A stretch of 64,000 bases of DNA, from NCBI GenBank assembly GCA_013239625.1, contig MU055415.1:3940011-4004010 (forward strand). Direction: 5' to 3'. Positions 36,431-50,669 of this stretch are shown one piece after another. Position numbers and translations under genes: made by a program. Origin of the DNA: Lama guanicoe (Eukaryota). Below the pieces are notes generated by a model. It made no database searches and had not been told where the DNA came from. It saw nothing but the letters and a program-made list of their open reading frames with translations. Numbering within the stretch: position 1 is the stretch's first letter; the number at the start of each line of letters is the position of its first letter.

Positions 36431-38839
36431 CCATTTGGTCAGGCCACCTCTGATATCTCAGATGCCCCTGTTCCCATGATACTCCCGCTAGTCCACCTTG
36501 GTGAGAGAAGTCACTTCTTTAGCAGCAATTCAATTGCATTCTTGCTTATACCACACTTTTTGCATGCATTAAGTGATAATAATTTGTGTGCACAGCCATC
36601 CTCCCTACTTGATTCTAAACTTACTATGATGAAAGTCTTATTTAATGCATCCCTGAATCCCCAGTAAGGGCTAGTCAGTTGTGTTAATTATGTGCCACAC
36701 GTCACTTGATTAGACAGACATATTTGGCCTGTGTTCCATGTCGTCGTCTAGGACACAGGTTAAACTGGTTTTAAAGGCATTGGTCTCAGGAATGTGTCCT
36801 GCGGAATGCCATTTATGTCCCATTGGATGATTTGTTATTTACCATTTTCTGACTTCTTTCCTTTTCTTAATTGATTAATTGTTCCGGATCCCTAGACCCT
36901 CTTCTCCAAGCTTATTGGCACCCAGAAGAGGAATTCACAGATGTTATCCTATTTGGAATAAATTAAAGCTACTGTCTCTTCCTGGTTCTTTACGTACTTC
37001 AATGTCCTTGAAGATTAGATTAATCAAATTCAGTCTGTTCAGCTTGAAAAAGCTCTGGCTGTAGGTTAGCATCTTCTTTGAGGTGCCTGCAAGTGATTGT
37101 GAGATCCTTATTTTATAGAACTCTAATCTTTGAAAGGCGTGTCTGCAAGGGTGATAGAGTATAGTGAAAAGAGTGCTTCTTGGCTGTGACACTGGAAGCC
37201 TGAACTTTAGCTGTGGTTCAGCTGCAGGCAGTCTGTGCAGCCTTGGGAAAGTCACTTCCACTTTTGGGCTTCAATGTCCTTATCTGTAAAGTGAGACTGT
37301 TGGGCTAGAGCTTTAAATATGGCTCTCCAGTATTCAAATACTGTTAGGTTTCTTAAAGTAGACTTGAAATCCTCAAGACCATCCTTCTCTATTAAGTGTG
37401 TCCAGTCCAACAGAGCAGGGCGGGAAGCAAGGCAAATCTGGGTGGGCCCAGGATCTAGAAGCAGAAGGAAAAGAAAAGAGGAAAAAAAGAAAAACAAAAC
37501 CGAAAAAAAAAAAACAGACCGAGGTCCAGAGGTTTTGGGGAAGCAGGCCAGTTGAACAGGCAGAGCACAGAATCCGAAGGGTATAGCCTTGGAGAGCAGG
37601 TGGTCATCTAAATAGTCAGATGGCAAGGGGGATAGGGGGGACCGTGGCCACAGCAGGCAGGCAGTGGAAGGCAAAGAGGGAGCCCAGGAGCGTGGAATGC
37701 TCAGGAGTCAGAAGCATGGAAGTCTGTCAGGGATTAGCAGGGTCCTGGCCACCTGCCTGGGTTCACGGGCAGGGCAGAGATTAAAAAGGGAGAAGGGGGA
37801 GGGGGATACACAAGAGCAAGAGAGTTCCAGGTCTGGTGAGCCTGACATATTGGGCAGGTCTCCAAGAGGGAGAGGCAGCGGAGAGGAGCAAGACAGAAGG
37901 CGAGTTCTCAGAACTGGGCCACCAGGTGGGGACTGAGTTGCAGAAGCCCAGTTAGAAGAACTGGGACAAAAGGGCAGAGCTGGACTAATAGAAAGGAGGT
38001 TAATGCTGAAGTCTCCAGTTTTAGAGTTTGGGATACTGTGAGGTCTCTTCTAATCGCAGCTTTGAGGAAGCAGTGATTCCTCCTATCTTTCAGCTGCTTG
38101 TTTGTGACCAACAGTCTCCTTTCCTCCCTTCCCCGCCCTCTCCTCTCCCCTCAATCTCTCTGTCCTCATCAACTTCTTTGAGAATATCCTAAGTTCAAAG
38201 CATGCAGGAATAAGTAATGCTCTCAGGAAGGTTAGCTAGGAACAGGAAAATGTAAAATTACAATACAGTGTGATAAAAGCAGCAGAGAGGTGCGTGCAAG
38301 GCACAGACGGTGCTGAGGAGTTAGAAGCCAATTCCGTCCAGAGGAAGTGAGGACCATGTCCCCACGGAAGCACTGTTTGGACAGAGCCTGGATGGGCAGG
38401 TAGTGGTTTGCCAGGTGGAAAGGTAGGGGAAGGGCAGACTGGGCAAGGGAACTGGCTTTGTGTGTAGGCATGGAATGGACATATTCAGGGAGTAAGGAAT
38501 TAAGTGTGGTGATAGCTGAGAAGGGTGTTGTCAGAGATCAGTGAAGAAAGTAAATGGGGAATTTTCAGAAAGCAAGTGCACTAGAATTGATAAGGAAGAT
38601 AACATTCTTGGCAGAGAAGGGGTGAGGTGGAGTACGAAGAAGGTGATAAAGTGAGACCAAGAAGGAGGCCGTTACTCATGGTCCAGGCAAGAGACAACAG
38701 TGATGGAACCAAGGCTGTAGCAACAGAGATGAGCAGAAACATCAGACTTCAGGGACAGAAGCAAGGGGCCCACAAAGCTGCAGCAGACTGTCATAAGCCT
38801 TGCTAGGAGTCATGGGCAGACAACTGGGGAACAGGATTG

Positions 38840-39130
38840 AGTCTTTCTTTAAATATCACTCTTGCAATGAAACCTTCTCTGGCTACTTTTTCAATATCAC
38901 CCTCACCACGTTCCCAGTCTCCCTTCCTGGCTTTTTTTTTCCCCTTCTCTTTAGTGCTCTCTAGTGTCTACCATACCACATATTTTACTTTTTTTGTTTT
39001 CTATCTCCTCCCATTAGAAGGTAGCTCTATGGGGACAAAGCTTTTGTCATGTAAGATCACTGTTTTCCCCTTACATCCCTAGCACTGAGAACACTCCCTG
39101 GCAGAGAGGAGACACTAAGCATTGAGTGAA
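38840..39130 (+). mobile_element. L2 3' end
   Basis: aaatatcactcttgcaatgaaaccttctctgg…ctcccattagaaggtagctctatggggacaaag…ccctagcactgagaac. Confidence 0.75.
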
Positions 39131-40109
39131 ATCAAGGCACCAGCAGCCATGGACCAAAAACCTACAGCAAGAAAAGGTATGCAGTCATAGAATATTTGAC
39201 ATTAAAGGAACTCTAGAGACCAGACTGGACACTTCATTTTGCAGAAGGCAGAAATGATTTGCCCAAGGTCACGCAGAGAGCATGTCAGGCAGAGATAATA
39301 GAAAGTGAAGGATCTGTGAGTATGTGGAGTCTGGTCTCCTAGGGGCTGACTGGCATTCAAGAAAGGAAATAGGGTGAAGGTGTCACAGCCTACCTGTTGA
39401 AGAGACACTGCAGCTACAGGTCATTCCTGATGTCACTAAACTGAAAACTTACCAACATAAAACAAATGAATCAGATTTCCTTTTGTAACTGAAACATACT
39501 GGAAACAATTGTTTCTTTCTTCCAAGGACTGTTCTCATCCATTTTGTCCTTTGCTGTCCCTATTTGTAAATCCCTGCCCTCCTTCTCCCCCACACACACC
39601 AGGCATTGTTGTTACAAGAATAAAGATCCCTCTGAACTTGGGCATCATATACCAATACCACATCTTTTCCATAATAGAATAGTGTTTCTGTTCCCTTCCT
39701 TTTTTTCTTTATTTCTCAACAAACATCAACACCCAGTAAGTACCAAGTGATTTGGTTTATGAAAAGTGAATGGTAACATTTGGTTTACCATTTGGTTATT
39801 TTTCATATCTAGAAATGTTAAAAAGATTCTAAAAGGTATGAGGATTTGAAAATGATGTGAGAAGTTAGATTACTTCTTTATTTTTCATCAGTCTGTTCAT
39901 TTGCATTTTTTCCAACTTCATTCATTTATTCTCTTGTTCCTCACATATTTCCTTTGCACCTACTAGCTAGCTATAGAAGGTGGGGTTGTTGAGAGTACAG
40001 AACTAAATCAAAGAGTTTACAGTCTGGTCAGGGAGATGGGAAATCAGGCAAAACCAAACTTTGAAGAATTTAATACACATATGTCTAATTTATGTTCTAC
40101 CTATTTATA

Positions 40110-41210
40110 GTTAAGTCATTTAATGAATATTTGCCCAATAGCTACTGTGGATCCAATAGGAAGTAAGACAAACCTAAGTCCCTGACCTCATAGAAATTAT
40201 GCAGTAGTTGAGGACACAAGCACTGTTTGCGATAGGTGCTACAACGAAAGAGTATGTTGGGGTGTAAGCTTTGCTTAGGCAGTAAGAGAAGCTTCCTCAA
40301 AGAGGTGATATTTGAGTTGAACTCTAAATGCTGAATAAAATGAACTAGATAAGGAGAGATGGAGATGGGGAGAAGTCTAGGTAGAGGGAACTGAATATTT
40401 GGAGGCTCTGAAACAGGAAAGGCATGTCTCATCAAAAAATTAAAAGAAGACCAGTGTGGACGAAAGCAGCAAGGGAAAGTTAAACTAGAACAGTAGACAA
40501 AGACCATATCATATAGAACGCTATAAGCCACATCAAGGATTTTGCTTTTCTGCCCCAGCGTGATGGAAAGTCAATAAATATTATGAACACAGGAAAGTTT
40601 GAGAAAATTTTGTATTTGAGGATTGAAGTGAGGCAGAAGGAAGTGGGATGGGAAAAGTAAAAGGGATGTAGAAATAATACAATAAAAATTCAAAAGACCA
40701 AGCTTACTTCCTCTGAGAAGGTTAAAGTATTAGTGGAAATAGGTGCCTTTGGACCTGAGCTTTGAAGAAGGAATAGGATTCAGGCATGTCGGAATGGGAG
40801 TTGTGAGTCATTAAGGACATTTTCAACAGAAGACCAACATGAGAAAGGTCAGGGAGATGTGAAAGCAAAGGGGATGTATGGGGAACAGGAAGCCAGTAAT
40901 TCTGGCTGGAGCATGGAACAGATGCCTGAATTACACGAGTGGGAAATAGACTAAATAGTAGAAGTCAGGGTGGAAATGTTTGGGTATTGCACTATTTAAA
41001 TTTTATTGTATAAGTAAACAGGAGTCATTGAAAGTGGACTGGAAAAAATAGACGTTTGAGGCGATGAGAATGATGAGGAGTGTAGCAGAAAACAGTTGGC
41101 TGGAGCCAGTCAGTTCTTGAATGAGGGTGATGGCAGTGGGAATGGAAAGGATGTAGAAAATATTATGGAGGTAAAATGAACAGGAAGTAGGCAACTGATG
41201 GGCTGCTAGA
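40110..41210 (-). mobile_element. L2 fragments
   Basis: aagtccctgacctcatagaa…gcttcctcaaagaggtgatatttgagttgaactct…gtggcagtgggaatgga-type L2 antisense sequence. Confidence 0.7.
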
Positions 41211-42202
41211 CAACATGGAAGAGGTTTGAAGACTTCATAGCATTGTCAACACCTCATTTTACTTGGTCTTCAGTGCAAACCTTTGAGGTAGATTATACAC
41301 GTGGTGTCCTGGAATACAGACTGATAGCTATATGACATCTTGCCCACTTGCCAGGAATAGCTGTGTCACTACTGTCACAGTTTTTGGGTGACTCCCAAAT
41401 GAACTGGGTTTTAAGTGTTAACCTACTAACAATTATCTCCATGTCCTATTAGCAATCAACTGAACCATCTGTTCAATTCCAACCAACAGAGGATTTCTTC
41501 TGAAAAATGAATTTGAGAATGGTGAAATATTAGATGTTTAAAGAAAAAACAGACTGAGAACATTATAGTACTGCATGCTCTAGAAAAAAATAGTTGTGGT
41601 AGGAAGGAATTTCTTCCTTTCTGTTATATAAAGCTTATGCTAAGACACATAAAATACATAACAAGGTCTGTGATGCAATTTTATATTGCCAGTTCTTAAA
41701 AAGTGAAAGTCTCATCTTGAAATGAGTCTAGTGGGAAGGCTGTGCCACTAGTGGACAAAGGCCCTGGACTTAAATTCAAATTTCTTTTTTATTCTATCTC
41801 TATTACTTATTAGAGATAAAATCTATTTTTTTCACTCAGTGTCTCTCAGTCTTAGATTTCCCATCTGTAAAATGAAGATACTAGTACCTGCCTTGCCTAC
41901 GTCAGAGAGTTGTAAGGGTCAAGTGAGTTGATGTGTGTGACAGTGAGGCCCAAAGACAGTCATAATATCATCAGCCCTAGAGAAGTTCTTCACTGTGAAA
42001 ATTCGAACTGTCATTGCACCAGATCTGTGAACCTCTAAACATACATCATTGGCCAACAGAGGGGAAAGTTATGCTAGATAATAAAGGTTGATAGACAAAA
42101 AAAGCTGGGTCACATATTGGCGAGTTCTTCATTAGAATCTCTGAGTAACTGGTGATGGTGTGTGTGATTGTCACAAAAAGGTGCTACATCTGCACTGTAT
42201 AA

Positions 42203-42380
42203 AGTGATTTTAAAATATGGCCCCCAGACTAGCAAAACGAGGAACTTATTAAAAACGCAAATGACCGGGCATACCCTAGACATACACTGAGTCAGGAACC
42301 CTGGGAGTGGTGCTCAGCCTTTTGTGATTTAACAGTCCCTCCAGGTAATTCTCATCACACCAAAATCTGAGAACCACTGA
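42203..42380. mobile_element. MER5A-like hAT DNA transposon relic
   Basis: gaacttattaaaaacgcaaat…actgagtcaggaaccctgggagtgg…ttaacagtccctccaggtaattct…tgagaaccactg. Confidence 0.8.
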
Positions 42381-43171
42381 TACAGAGGAAAGAACGTGGG
42401 CTTTGTATTCAAACCTGAAGTCAAAGTCAAGCTCTGACTTCTAATCATGCAGTGACCTTGAGCTTGTTCTTTATCAGTAACTGCCCCAGAACTTCCCTGC
42501 TGTGGTGGAGGATTAAGAGGGATAACTTAGATATGTTTTATCCCTCTTAAAATACTAGTCTTCTGGCTAGGCTGACATAATAACATTTATTATGTCTTAA
42601 GCCCACATTAAAGTTTTTTTTTTTTTTCGCTCCCTCTTCCATTTTTGCAAAATTTCTTTGGGTAGAAATTATGTTCAAAGAATTGAGTTTTTGGTTAAGC
42701 TGTTGGACCACAGAGAGGAAAGGCTTATCTGAAAACTCCAACATACTAGGAAAAAAGGAGGACAGGTTTTCATTTGGACTTCTGGAACACAATTTTCAAG
42801 GTGTATAGGCTACTCCTTAGAAAGGTGCCATTTATGCTATTAAAAATTCATATTAGTGTCTGTACCGTATGAAAGTTCATCTGCTTCAGACATTCCAAAC
42901 ATGCAGATGAAAGATAGCTGCTATGAAGATGACTTAGTCCTCTTCAGAAGTATACCTACAGCTAGACTATAGTGGTTAAGTTTTCTTGGGTCACCACTTA
43001 CAGTGACCCATTGGTAAGCATAAAGATTAAGGCCAGATCTGGGTCCAGTGTCCTTTTTTTTTTTTCTCCTGCTGGAAATGAGCTCAATAGATGTTTATAG
43101 TGAGTATTAAAATATTAATGGAGAGTACCAAATAAATCCTCAATGAAGCCACTTAAACGGAGGCCAGAGGA

Positions 43172-43410
43172 GATTCATCTGTTCAACAGCTATTTATAGA
43201 GTCCCTGCCACCCACCAGGCACTGTGCTAAGCGCTGGACAAACAGAAGTAAGCAAAGCAGAACCTGTACTTGTCCTCACTGAAGGAATAGCATAGCAGGG
43301 AGGATATTAAACAAATAGCACAAAAATAAGTACCTAATTATAAATTATGATAAGTTCCATGAAAAAGAAAGTACAGGGTGTCCTAGAAGCATATAATAGG
43401 AGGATCTGTA
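43172..43410 (-). mobile_element. L2a 3' end
   Basis: attcatctgttcaacagctatttatagagtcc…ccaggcactgtgctaagcgctgga. Confidence 0.75.
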
Positions 43411-46400
43411 AGTCTCTGCCCTTGAAGAGCGTACAGTCTAATGTTTTTTGCATTTCCTATGCTTGATCCTGGTCTGTGTAGCTTTTTATTGCTACTCATG
43501 GGACAGATTGACCAGAATTACCTACCGAATAACTTTCTTGCTGCCTGGCCTTAGGAAATTACTTAATCTCACCAGGGTTCAGTTTTCTCAACCATAAAAT
43601 GGAAAAGAAAATCCAATCTGGTAGGACTGTTATGAGTATTAAATGAAGGGAAAAAAAACAAAACAGAAAACAGAATTGTGTGTGCTTGGCACATGGTAAG
43701 GGCCACATGAATGTTAAGCATGTTAGACAAGAGGGGAGAAGGAGGGTGATGAGATGGTGACAGTGGTGATGATGCTGTAGTGGTTGGGACAGAGACAAAG
43801 TTACTGATCCAAATTCCGTACTCTGGCTACTCAGACTACCATTTGTTCCTTAGAAAAAGATATACATAAGGACTATAACCAACATATGAGAGAAAATCTT
43901 TAAACACACACATAAAAAAAAATCTCTCAAATCCACTGCCTAGTTTTTTTCTTTTTTTTTTTTTTTGACAGCCATGTGCTAACAGAATCCAAAGAGTTTT
44001 AACATGAAAGAGAAGAAGACAGTTTTGAATTCTGGTCTTCTGTTTTGGTGATAAAGCAGTGGTGATACTCAAGTTTCTAAGGTAACTATCGGTCAAGGAT
44101 TTGGAGAGGAAGGCTTTCTTGTTAGAGTGGACACAGAAGCATAAGAGACAAACTCACTGTTACTGAGGTCCTAACACGTCAGCAGGATGGGAGCAAAGTG
44201 AAAAGAGGACTCGACTTAAGCCAGCAGCCCTTGCTTCCAGACTTGGTTCTATGTTTCCAGGGAGCTGTGTGGTCTGGTTCATTTGTGTGAGCCTCTGTTT
44301 CTTCTTCTGTAAAATAGGGATGAAATGCAACATATTTAGCCAGTAAGTTTCCTGTTTCCTTTATGAACTACTCCTACTTCAGATAGACCTAATATCTTGT
44401 AAGGGATAGTGAGTACTGAATAATGATGGTATCTGTGAATGGTTTTCTTTTGAAATTTTAAAGCAATCAGTAAGTCAAAAATTACGGTTCATAATAGTAC
44501 CATAATTTGGACCTTATATTTTTATATGTAAATTTTCTGTCTTCCCCAAACCACTTATAAGCCCCTCAAGTATTGCAAAGATGCCATATTTGATTTAGAG
44601 TCTCCCAAATAGGTGACTAGAGCAGAATTTCCAAGCACATATTGACTGAGCTGTTGAGTATATACCACATGTAAAGAAAACAGCAGAGCTGCTTAGAGAG
44701 GCACAGAAGCACAACATTTCTGGTGGGGGACACAGTGACAAACAAGGGTAAGTGGCTCCCATAGATGAGCATAAAGCTGAAGGTAGTGGGTGGACCAGAC
44801 CTGTTGAGCGAAGGTTTCAGGTTTGTCAATACGGCTGAAGTTCAAGCAAAGATAAGCACCTTGGACATTGGCAGAATTACAAATCAAAAAACAGTGATTC
44901 CCCATTTACTTTGATTCACTGAGTAAACTTTTTATTGAGTGCAAAAAAGGATGAAAATGTTATCATGGCTCCTACCCTCAAGGAGCCCACCATCCAGAGG
45001 GAGAGGAGAGACAGATGCATGGAGTACAATTTGAGCTCTGAAAAGGGATTGTCTGGATTGGAAAGGAGCCCCCCGGGAAGGCCAGGGGTGACTTCTAGAA
45101 GGGTTAAGGCTTGAGTACAGGAGGAAGAACACTGTCAGGGCACGAAAGGGGAGAAGGGCATTCCAGACATTTTCAGTCCCTGTTTTCATGTGGTGAACAG
45201 CCTGAGGAAGGCTCAGGTTCTTGTTTAAGCTAAGAAATGTAAGTCCCTCATGAGAGACATAATTAAGGCCCCAGTTAATGTAATTTGTTAGTGATTCTTC
45301 CCTTCTTAGGCACACCAGCCCTAATTTACTCTTAGTATATAATATACACATTAAAAGGTGAAAATGTGAAGCTGTAACTGAGAAAGAGTCATAGAGTTCT
45401 GAAAATGAATTCACTGTAGGAGTCTAAATAGAAAACAAAAATCAGCTCTTTAAGCTGCTGCTTTACTGAGAGTGTTTTGAGTCAGCAGTAATTCTGGGTA
45501 TAGAACCCATATTGCGCTTCATAAATTGGGCTGACCCAGAATATTGCAGCTGATGTTACAACATTAATCATATAGACTCTTCCTTTGCACAATAAGAATT
45601 GTGTAAACCCACTGCCAGCTCTGTCCCTTGCTTGAGTATGAATAATGTTTGCAGGTTATTTAATTTGCCTTTGCCCCTACCTAAAATGTCTGGAAATACC
45701 AACTACATTGGGCTGCTTAACATATCCTTAATATGAAGATATGAAAAGAAGTTTTAATCAACAAGGAAATAGATTGCAAATACATATAGTGCAAATCTAT
45801 ATGAAGGTTAGGGGCCTTAAAAATTCTCATTCCTATTGGTACCTGGTTTGAAGGATGGAAAGGATAAGAAACAGCAGTCCTTCCTGGCTTGCAGGTTATA
45901 ATTAATCTTATTTCCAAATCCCCTTAGATTGCTAACATGAGCTCTACTCTGACTCTTTATTGTCCCGCTAGTATCTGTGTTCTTTTTCTCCTGTTCCTTG
46001 ACATTTTTGCCCTTTGCTTTCCTCCTTGTTTTACCATACCTCTGATTCTATCCGCACATTCCCTTTTTAAGAGCTTTCAAATGTTAACACTTGGCCAACA
46101 CTCCCTCTACAGGTGATCTGATGAATCCACTAAGATTACCCCGGCACAGTTACATTCCTTTCAATTCTTGTTAGATGTCACCAGAGCTCTGTGTGTCATC
46201 TAGTTAAGAAAACTGTAGCAAAAGTAAAAGGAAAGCTTTCAGACCTCAGCCATTTTAAGTAGCAGTATCACTTGAATTCCCAGTCTGTTTTTCCCTAGAT
46301 AGAATTCATTGTTATAAAAATAAAGCATTGTGAGGAAAAAATTCATGTATAATTGATTTTTGCATCAAAGCAAATTATGGTTCATTTGTCCCAGATGAAA

Positions 46401-46559
46401 ACAGAACCATTGTTAATTTTCATACACTGACAAAAGCATTTTCTTCTAAACTAGACTAGTAGTTATTACAACTTGCAAAATCCAGTAATAAGCCTGAGTC
46501 CCTAAAAGTAAAGAAGCAATTGAAAATGTCAGCATAACATTAGTGGCTTTATTGAATAT

Positions 46560-46950
46560 GCTTTCACATGGTTAAAAGATAGTATGAGGCAGTGTCAGCT
46601 AACTCTTTTAACAGTGGTGACTTAATGAATGCAGGCCTATAGCTCTCACATCAGTGTCCTGTGCTGGTGATGATAGAGCTTTGGACCACAGAGCCCTACT
46701 CCTTCCACATTTGTCACTGCCGCTTTCATCACTTGACCTCTAAGATTGTCAAAAAATAGAAAAAGAAGGCTTGGCGAACTGTTTAAAGGATCCATGGCAA
46801 GGGCTGGACTTGGCCCACAATGTTTCTGCCCGCATCCCCCTAGACAGAACAGTCAGTCGATAGAACCAATCTAACTGCAAGCAAGGCTGGTGTAAGTCAT
46901 CATCTTTTAAATCCAGGAAAAGGAAAGCAATTTGGTGAACACATATGAGT
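46560..46950 (-). mobile_element. Old MaLR LTR fragment (MLT1J/K-like)
   Basis: tttctgcccgcatccccctagacagaacagtcagtc…ctaactgcaagcaaggctgg. Confidence 0.5.
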
Positions 46951-48439
46951 GTCCCAGACAGAATTTTGTAATTCATAATGAAATTATTATTTTATCATTC
47001 ATCAGTGTAAGTCCTATTCCTTTTTCCTATTTCAAAACTAAATCTCCCTCAAGAAGCTTTAATGAAGAGAGGCAGTGTGTGTAACAGTTAAAAGCAAGGA
47101 CTTTGGAGTCATATCAACCTTAATACAAATTTTCCTTTACTTTTGTTGGCCTTTGCCTTCTTTGAGGTCTTTTTCTTTAGTCCTGAGTTTTCTCATTTGT
47201 TAGTTGGAAATGAAGTTACCTAACTAGAAGGATGATAGAATGAGACAATGTATGCAGTCAGTAAATGATAACTGCTGTTACGTGAATGGTTAGTAAAAAC
47301 AGTGTGAAGGATATTAATACAGGTGACATTTACTATCACACCTCTTTCATCCCTTGCCTTCAGGACACTTTCTTTGATTCAAACCACCTTAAAGCCATCT
47401 TCAGAAAAGGTGTTGCTGTCACAAAACAAAGGAATTGGGTGAGGACAGGAATGTCCCTGGTCGTAGTCGTCCACAAAAATCTGTAGAGTTTTCATCTTGT
47501 GGGAGTAGGGGCTGGTAGCTGCCCAGTCTGCCGGAGTGTGATGACCGTCCTCCCAGCGGCAGTACGGATGACTCACCAGAGAGCTGTTTTCGCCAGCTCT
47601 CTCTTCTCGTCTGCACTGGGGAGAAGGCCCAGTTGTACTTCTTAGGCAGAACGGCTTACTGAGGGTTTTTCCCTCCCTAGTTTCTGTGAAGTGTGCTTTC
47701 TCCTTCATGTATGCACATAAATCACAAGACAGTTGCAAAACAAGTAAAATATTAAGTCCAGGACTGAAGTGAATTTGTCACAATTAAGTAGAAGAGTTCT
47801 CAGTCAGTGCCCATGGAGGAAGGCAGCTGTGTCGTCTGGTACAGGATGTTTCTTTCCTACGATTAAAAATAAATCAGTGCAGTTCCACCATTTGTTTATT
47901 TGTTCTAAAGCATCTTTTGTGAGAACTTTCTCTGAAGAGATAGGGTTAAAGACTTCTGCTGCTAATGTTTCTCATTTTTGCCGTGAAAACCTGCTATGAA
48001 GATATTTAGCTCATGTAAGTGTAGCACTTTGAATTATTCAAAGTCCTTCCTGGGAACTCTTCACTTAGCTGAGAGAATTTTTTATGGGAAAAATGAAACT
48101 GTAAACAGAATATATTTTGATTGTAGTTTACAAGTGGGATAATTAAAGCAGTAAGTAAATTAAATATGTTACCAGCATCACATGGTAGAATGCCAGTGGC
48201 CAAAAAAAAAATTCAGGCAGGTCTCTTAATTTCCAGGTCCATATGCTCATATTAGAACAGTTTGTCTTTTATTAGCCTTCTTACTGTTTGATACCCTGTG
48301 ATGGTTCTATAAAGATTGTAGGAGAAGGACATATGAAATATTACTTCGTCTAGCCCACTACACTTGGGCAGCTGAATGATTAAACAATTCAAAACAAGGA
48401 TTTTGGTTTCTAGTAGTATGTTGGCTTGGGTTATTTGAG

Positions 48440-50200
48440 CCATCTCTCCCCTATGACCACAACTAAAAATACTGGATACAATAAATTAAAAAACAATCAA
48501 ATAAAATTTCTTAAAAATACTAGACAACTAACAAGACAGTAAAGAATTAGCAGGCCAGGAACCTAAGTGAAGGCAGGGACCCAAAGGGTTGGTGTCGCAC
48601 TAAAGCCACTTCTGCCCTGAAGGCATTTGCTGAACCAAGTGAACTTGAAAATTGAAACTAACAAAGACTTCAGATTGGAACTGTAAGATTAAATTTTAAA
48701 ATACTCACTGTTTAAATTAATTAAAGGCAAGCTTGAGTAAATAGTATGAAAAATTATAAATACTGTCCTAGCAGATTTAAAAAAAAAATTGGAGAACTTC
48801 AATTGAAAAAACAAAGTTAAAATTAAAGCCAGAGTTGAGAAGTATAGCAGTGAATTAGACAAAGCTGGAGAAACAATGAGTGAAGGAAAAGAAATTATCC
48901 AGAATGCAGAGAGACAAAGAGTTGGGAAATATGAGAAGCTAAGAGATACTGAGAGAGATGAGACGGACCGATCAGTATCTAATAGGACTTGCAGAAGGAG
49001 AGGATATGTAGAATGTGGCAGAGGCAATATTTGAAAAGATAAATGACCAAGAAGTTTCTGGAATTGATAATATGCACAGATAATACAGATTCAAGGAGAG
49101 TCATAAATCCCAAACAAAGTTTTAAACGTTCATATCCAGATATTGCATGGTGAAATGCAGACCACCAAAGATAAAAGGATATCTTCATAATAGTTGGGGA
49201 GGAGAGACAGTGTGTATCACAACATATATTGAGAAAATAACTCTCATTCTGTAATGTTATCTTTAAAAAATGAAGGCTAAGGGAAGAGGGTATATAGCTC
49301 AGTGGTAGAGCTCATGCTTAGTGTGCTTGAGGTCCTGGATTCATTCCCCAGTACCTACCATCAATTTTTTAAAATGAAGGCTAAATGAAGATATTTTAGA
49401 TAAACCTGAGCTTACCACCAGCAGGCCTTTACTAAAGAATTTCCTTAAAAAAAAAAAAAGCCTCCTAGAAAGAAGGAAAGTGATTCTAGATAGAAAATCT
49501 GAGCTGCTAAAAGAAGGGCAAACAAAATGCTATATATGTGAGTTAATCTAAATGAACATATACTTTACAATAATAATAATGCTTCCTGGGATTAAAAAGT
49601 AAGACCAAGTCTAAATATAAGAGACAATAATTTACTAATAATCTGTGTATATTAATAATATATTTGTAGGAGAGTAAAAATATTGAGCAAGGTTAGATTT
49701 TAATAAGTTAAGTATAAATGTTGTAATTTCAAAAGTCACCACTAAAATAAAAGTAGAGAGGAAAAAAATAAATCACAAAGTTCAAAAAAAAATCCAAAAT
49801 GGCAAAAAAATGAGAATAAAAGAAATATAAAACAAGTGGGACAGGTCAAAAGCAAAAATAAGAATGTAGCTAGAAAGCCAAATATATCACTCATTACGTT
49901 AACTGTTAATGAAACTATTGCTACATGAAGCAGATGGCTGAGTATCACAATGTAATGGTAAGTTGAAGAGACGAATCACCTAAGGATTTTTGTGATTCTG
50001 TTTCTTTGTAGTTCAAAATAGGTAAAACTATATTATAGTGTCCAATAATGCAGGATGGTAAAATCTGTAAAGGAAAATAAGGAAATAATTATTACAAAAG
50101 CCAGGTAGTTACCCTAAGCACTCAGAAAGGGGAGTATTTGGGAGGAGGCTCTTAATAATTGTTCCTTAAACTTTACATATGTGTTTATGTACGTTTTCTA
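48440..50200 (+). mobile_element. Ancient L1 (5'/ORF1 and 3' fragments), interrupted by a SINE
   Basis: gaattagacaaagctggagaaac…aagaaattatccagaatgcagagagacaaagag…gcagaggcaatatttgaaaagataaatgacc ORF1-like; no open frame. Confidence 0.75.
49281..49370 (+). mobile_element. tRNA-derived camelid-type SINE (Vic-1-like) with 14-bp TSD
   Basis: gggaagagggtatatagctcagtggtagagctcatgcttagtgtgcttgaggtcctggattcattccccagtacc (A box TAGCTCAGTGG, degenerate B box); TSD aaaatgaaggctaa at 49267-49280 and 49371-49384. Confidence 0.85.
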
Positions 50201-50669
50201 CAAATATATTTTATTTATATATATATATTTTTTTCTTCCAGTAAGAATATTTCTGAAAAGTAGGCAAATAAATACACAAGTGATTTTGTATACATCTTAT
50301 ACTATGTAAGTATTTCCTTGTAATTTCTTTGTTAATTCCTTTGAGCAAACTCCCAGAATGGAGATTAATGGATCAAAGATATTAATGTTTTCAGCACCAC
50401 TGATAACAGTGATTCAATACCAACACTGTATGATTTTTGGCTGTTTTCTTAGAGTACACATTACATCCTGCATATTGTTATTTACAAAAATTTTACATCA
50501 TCTTTTACTGGGACCAAGAACACATAAGTACCAAAACCTTCCTGTTTGCACCAACACTCATTATCATTTAAAATATCCATTTTCAAATTAACTTAATAAG
50601 CTGTTAGTTTGTATATTTTCAAGTGTACTTAACGCGATGTTAAAACAGTTTATTATTATAAGGAATTAT

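Noticed and set aside
47538-47662. Box C (GTGATGA) … box D (CTGA) snoRNA-like pair in a CpG-retaining patch
   Set aside because: No terminal stem and no recognisable rRNA/snRNA antisense element
49281-49360. tRNA gene
   Set aside because: No acceptor stem, degenerate B box and flanked by TSDs: it is a SINE
50390-50410. REST/RE1-like TTCAGCACCACTGATAACAGT
   Set aside because: The left half matches but the GGACAG right half is broken, and it sits in degraded L1-like sequence
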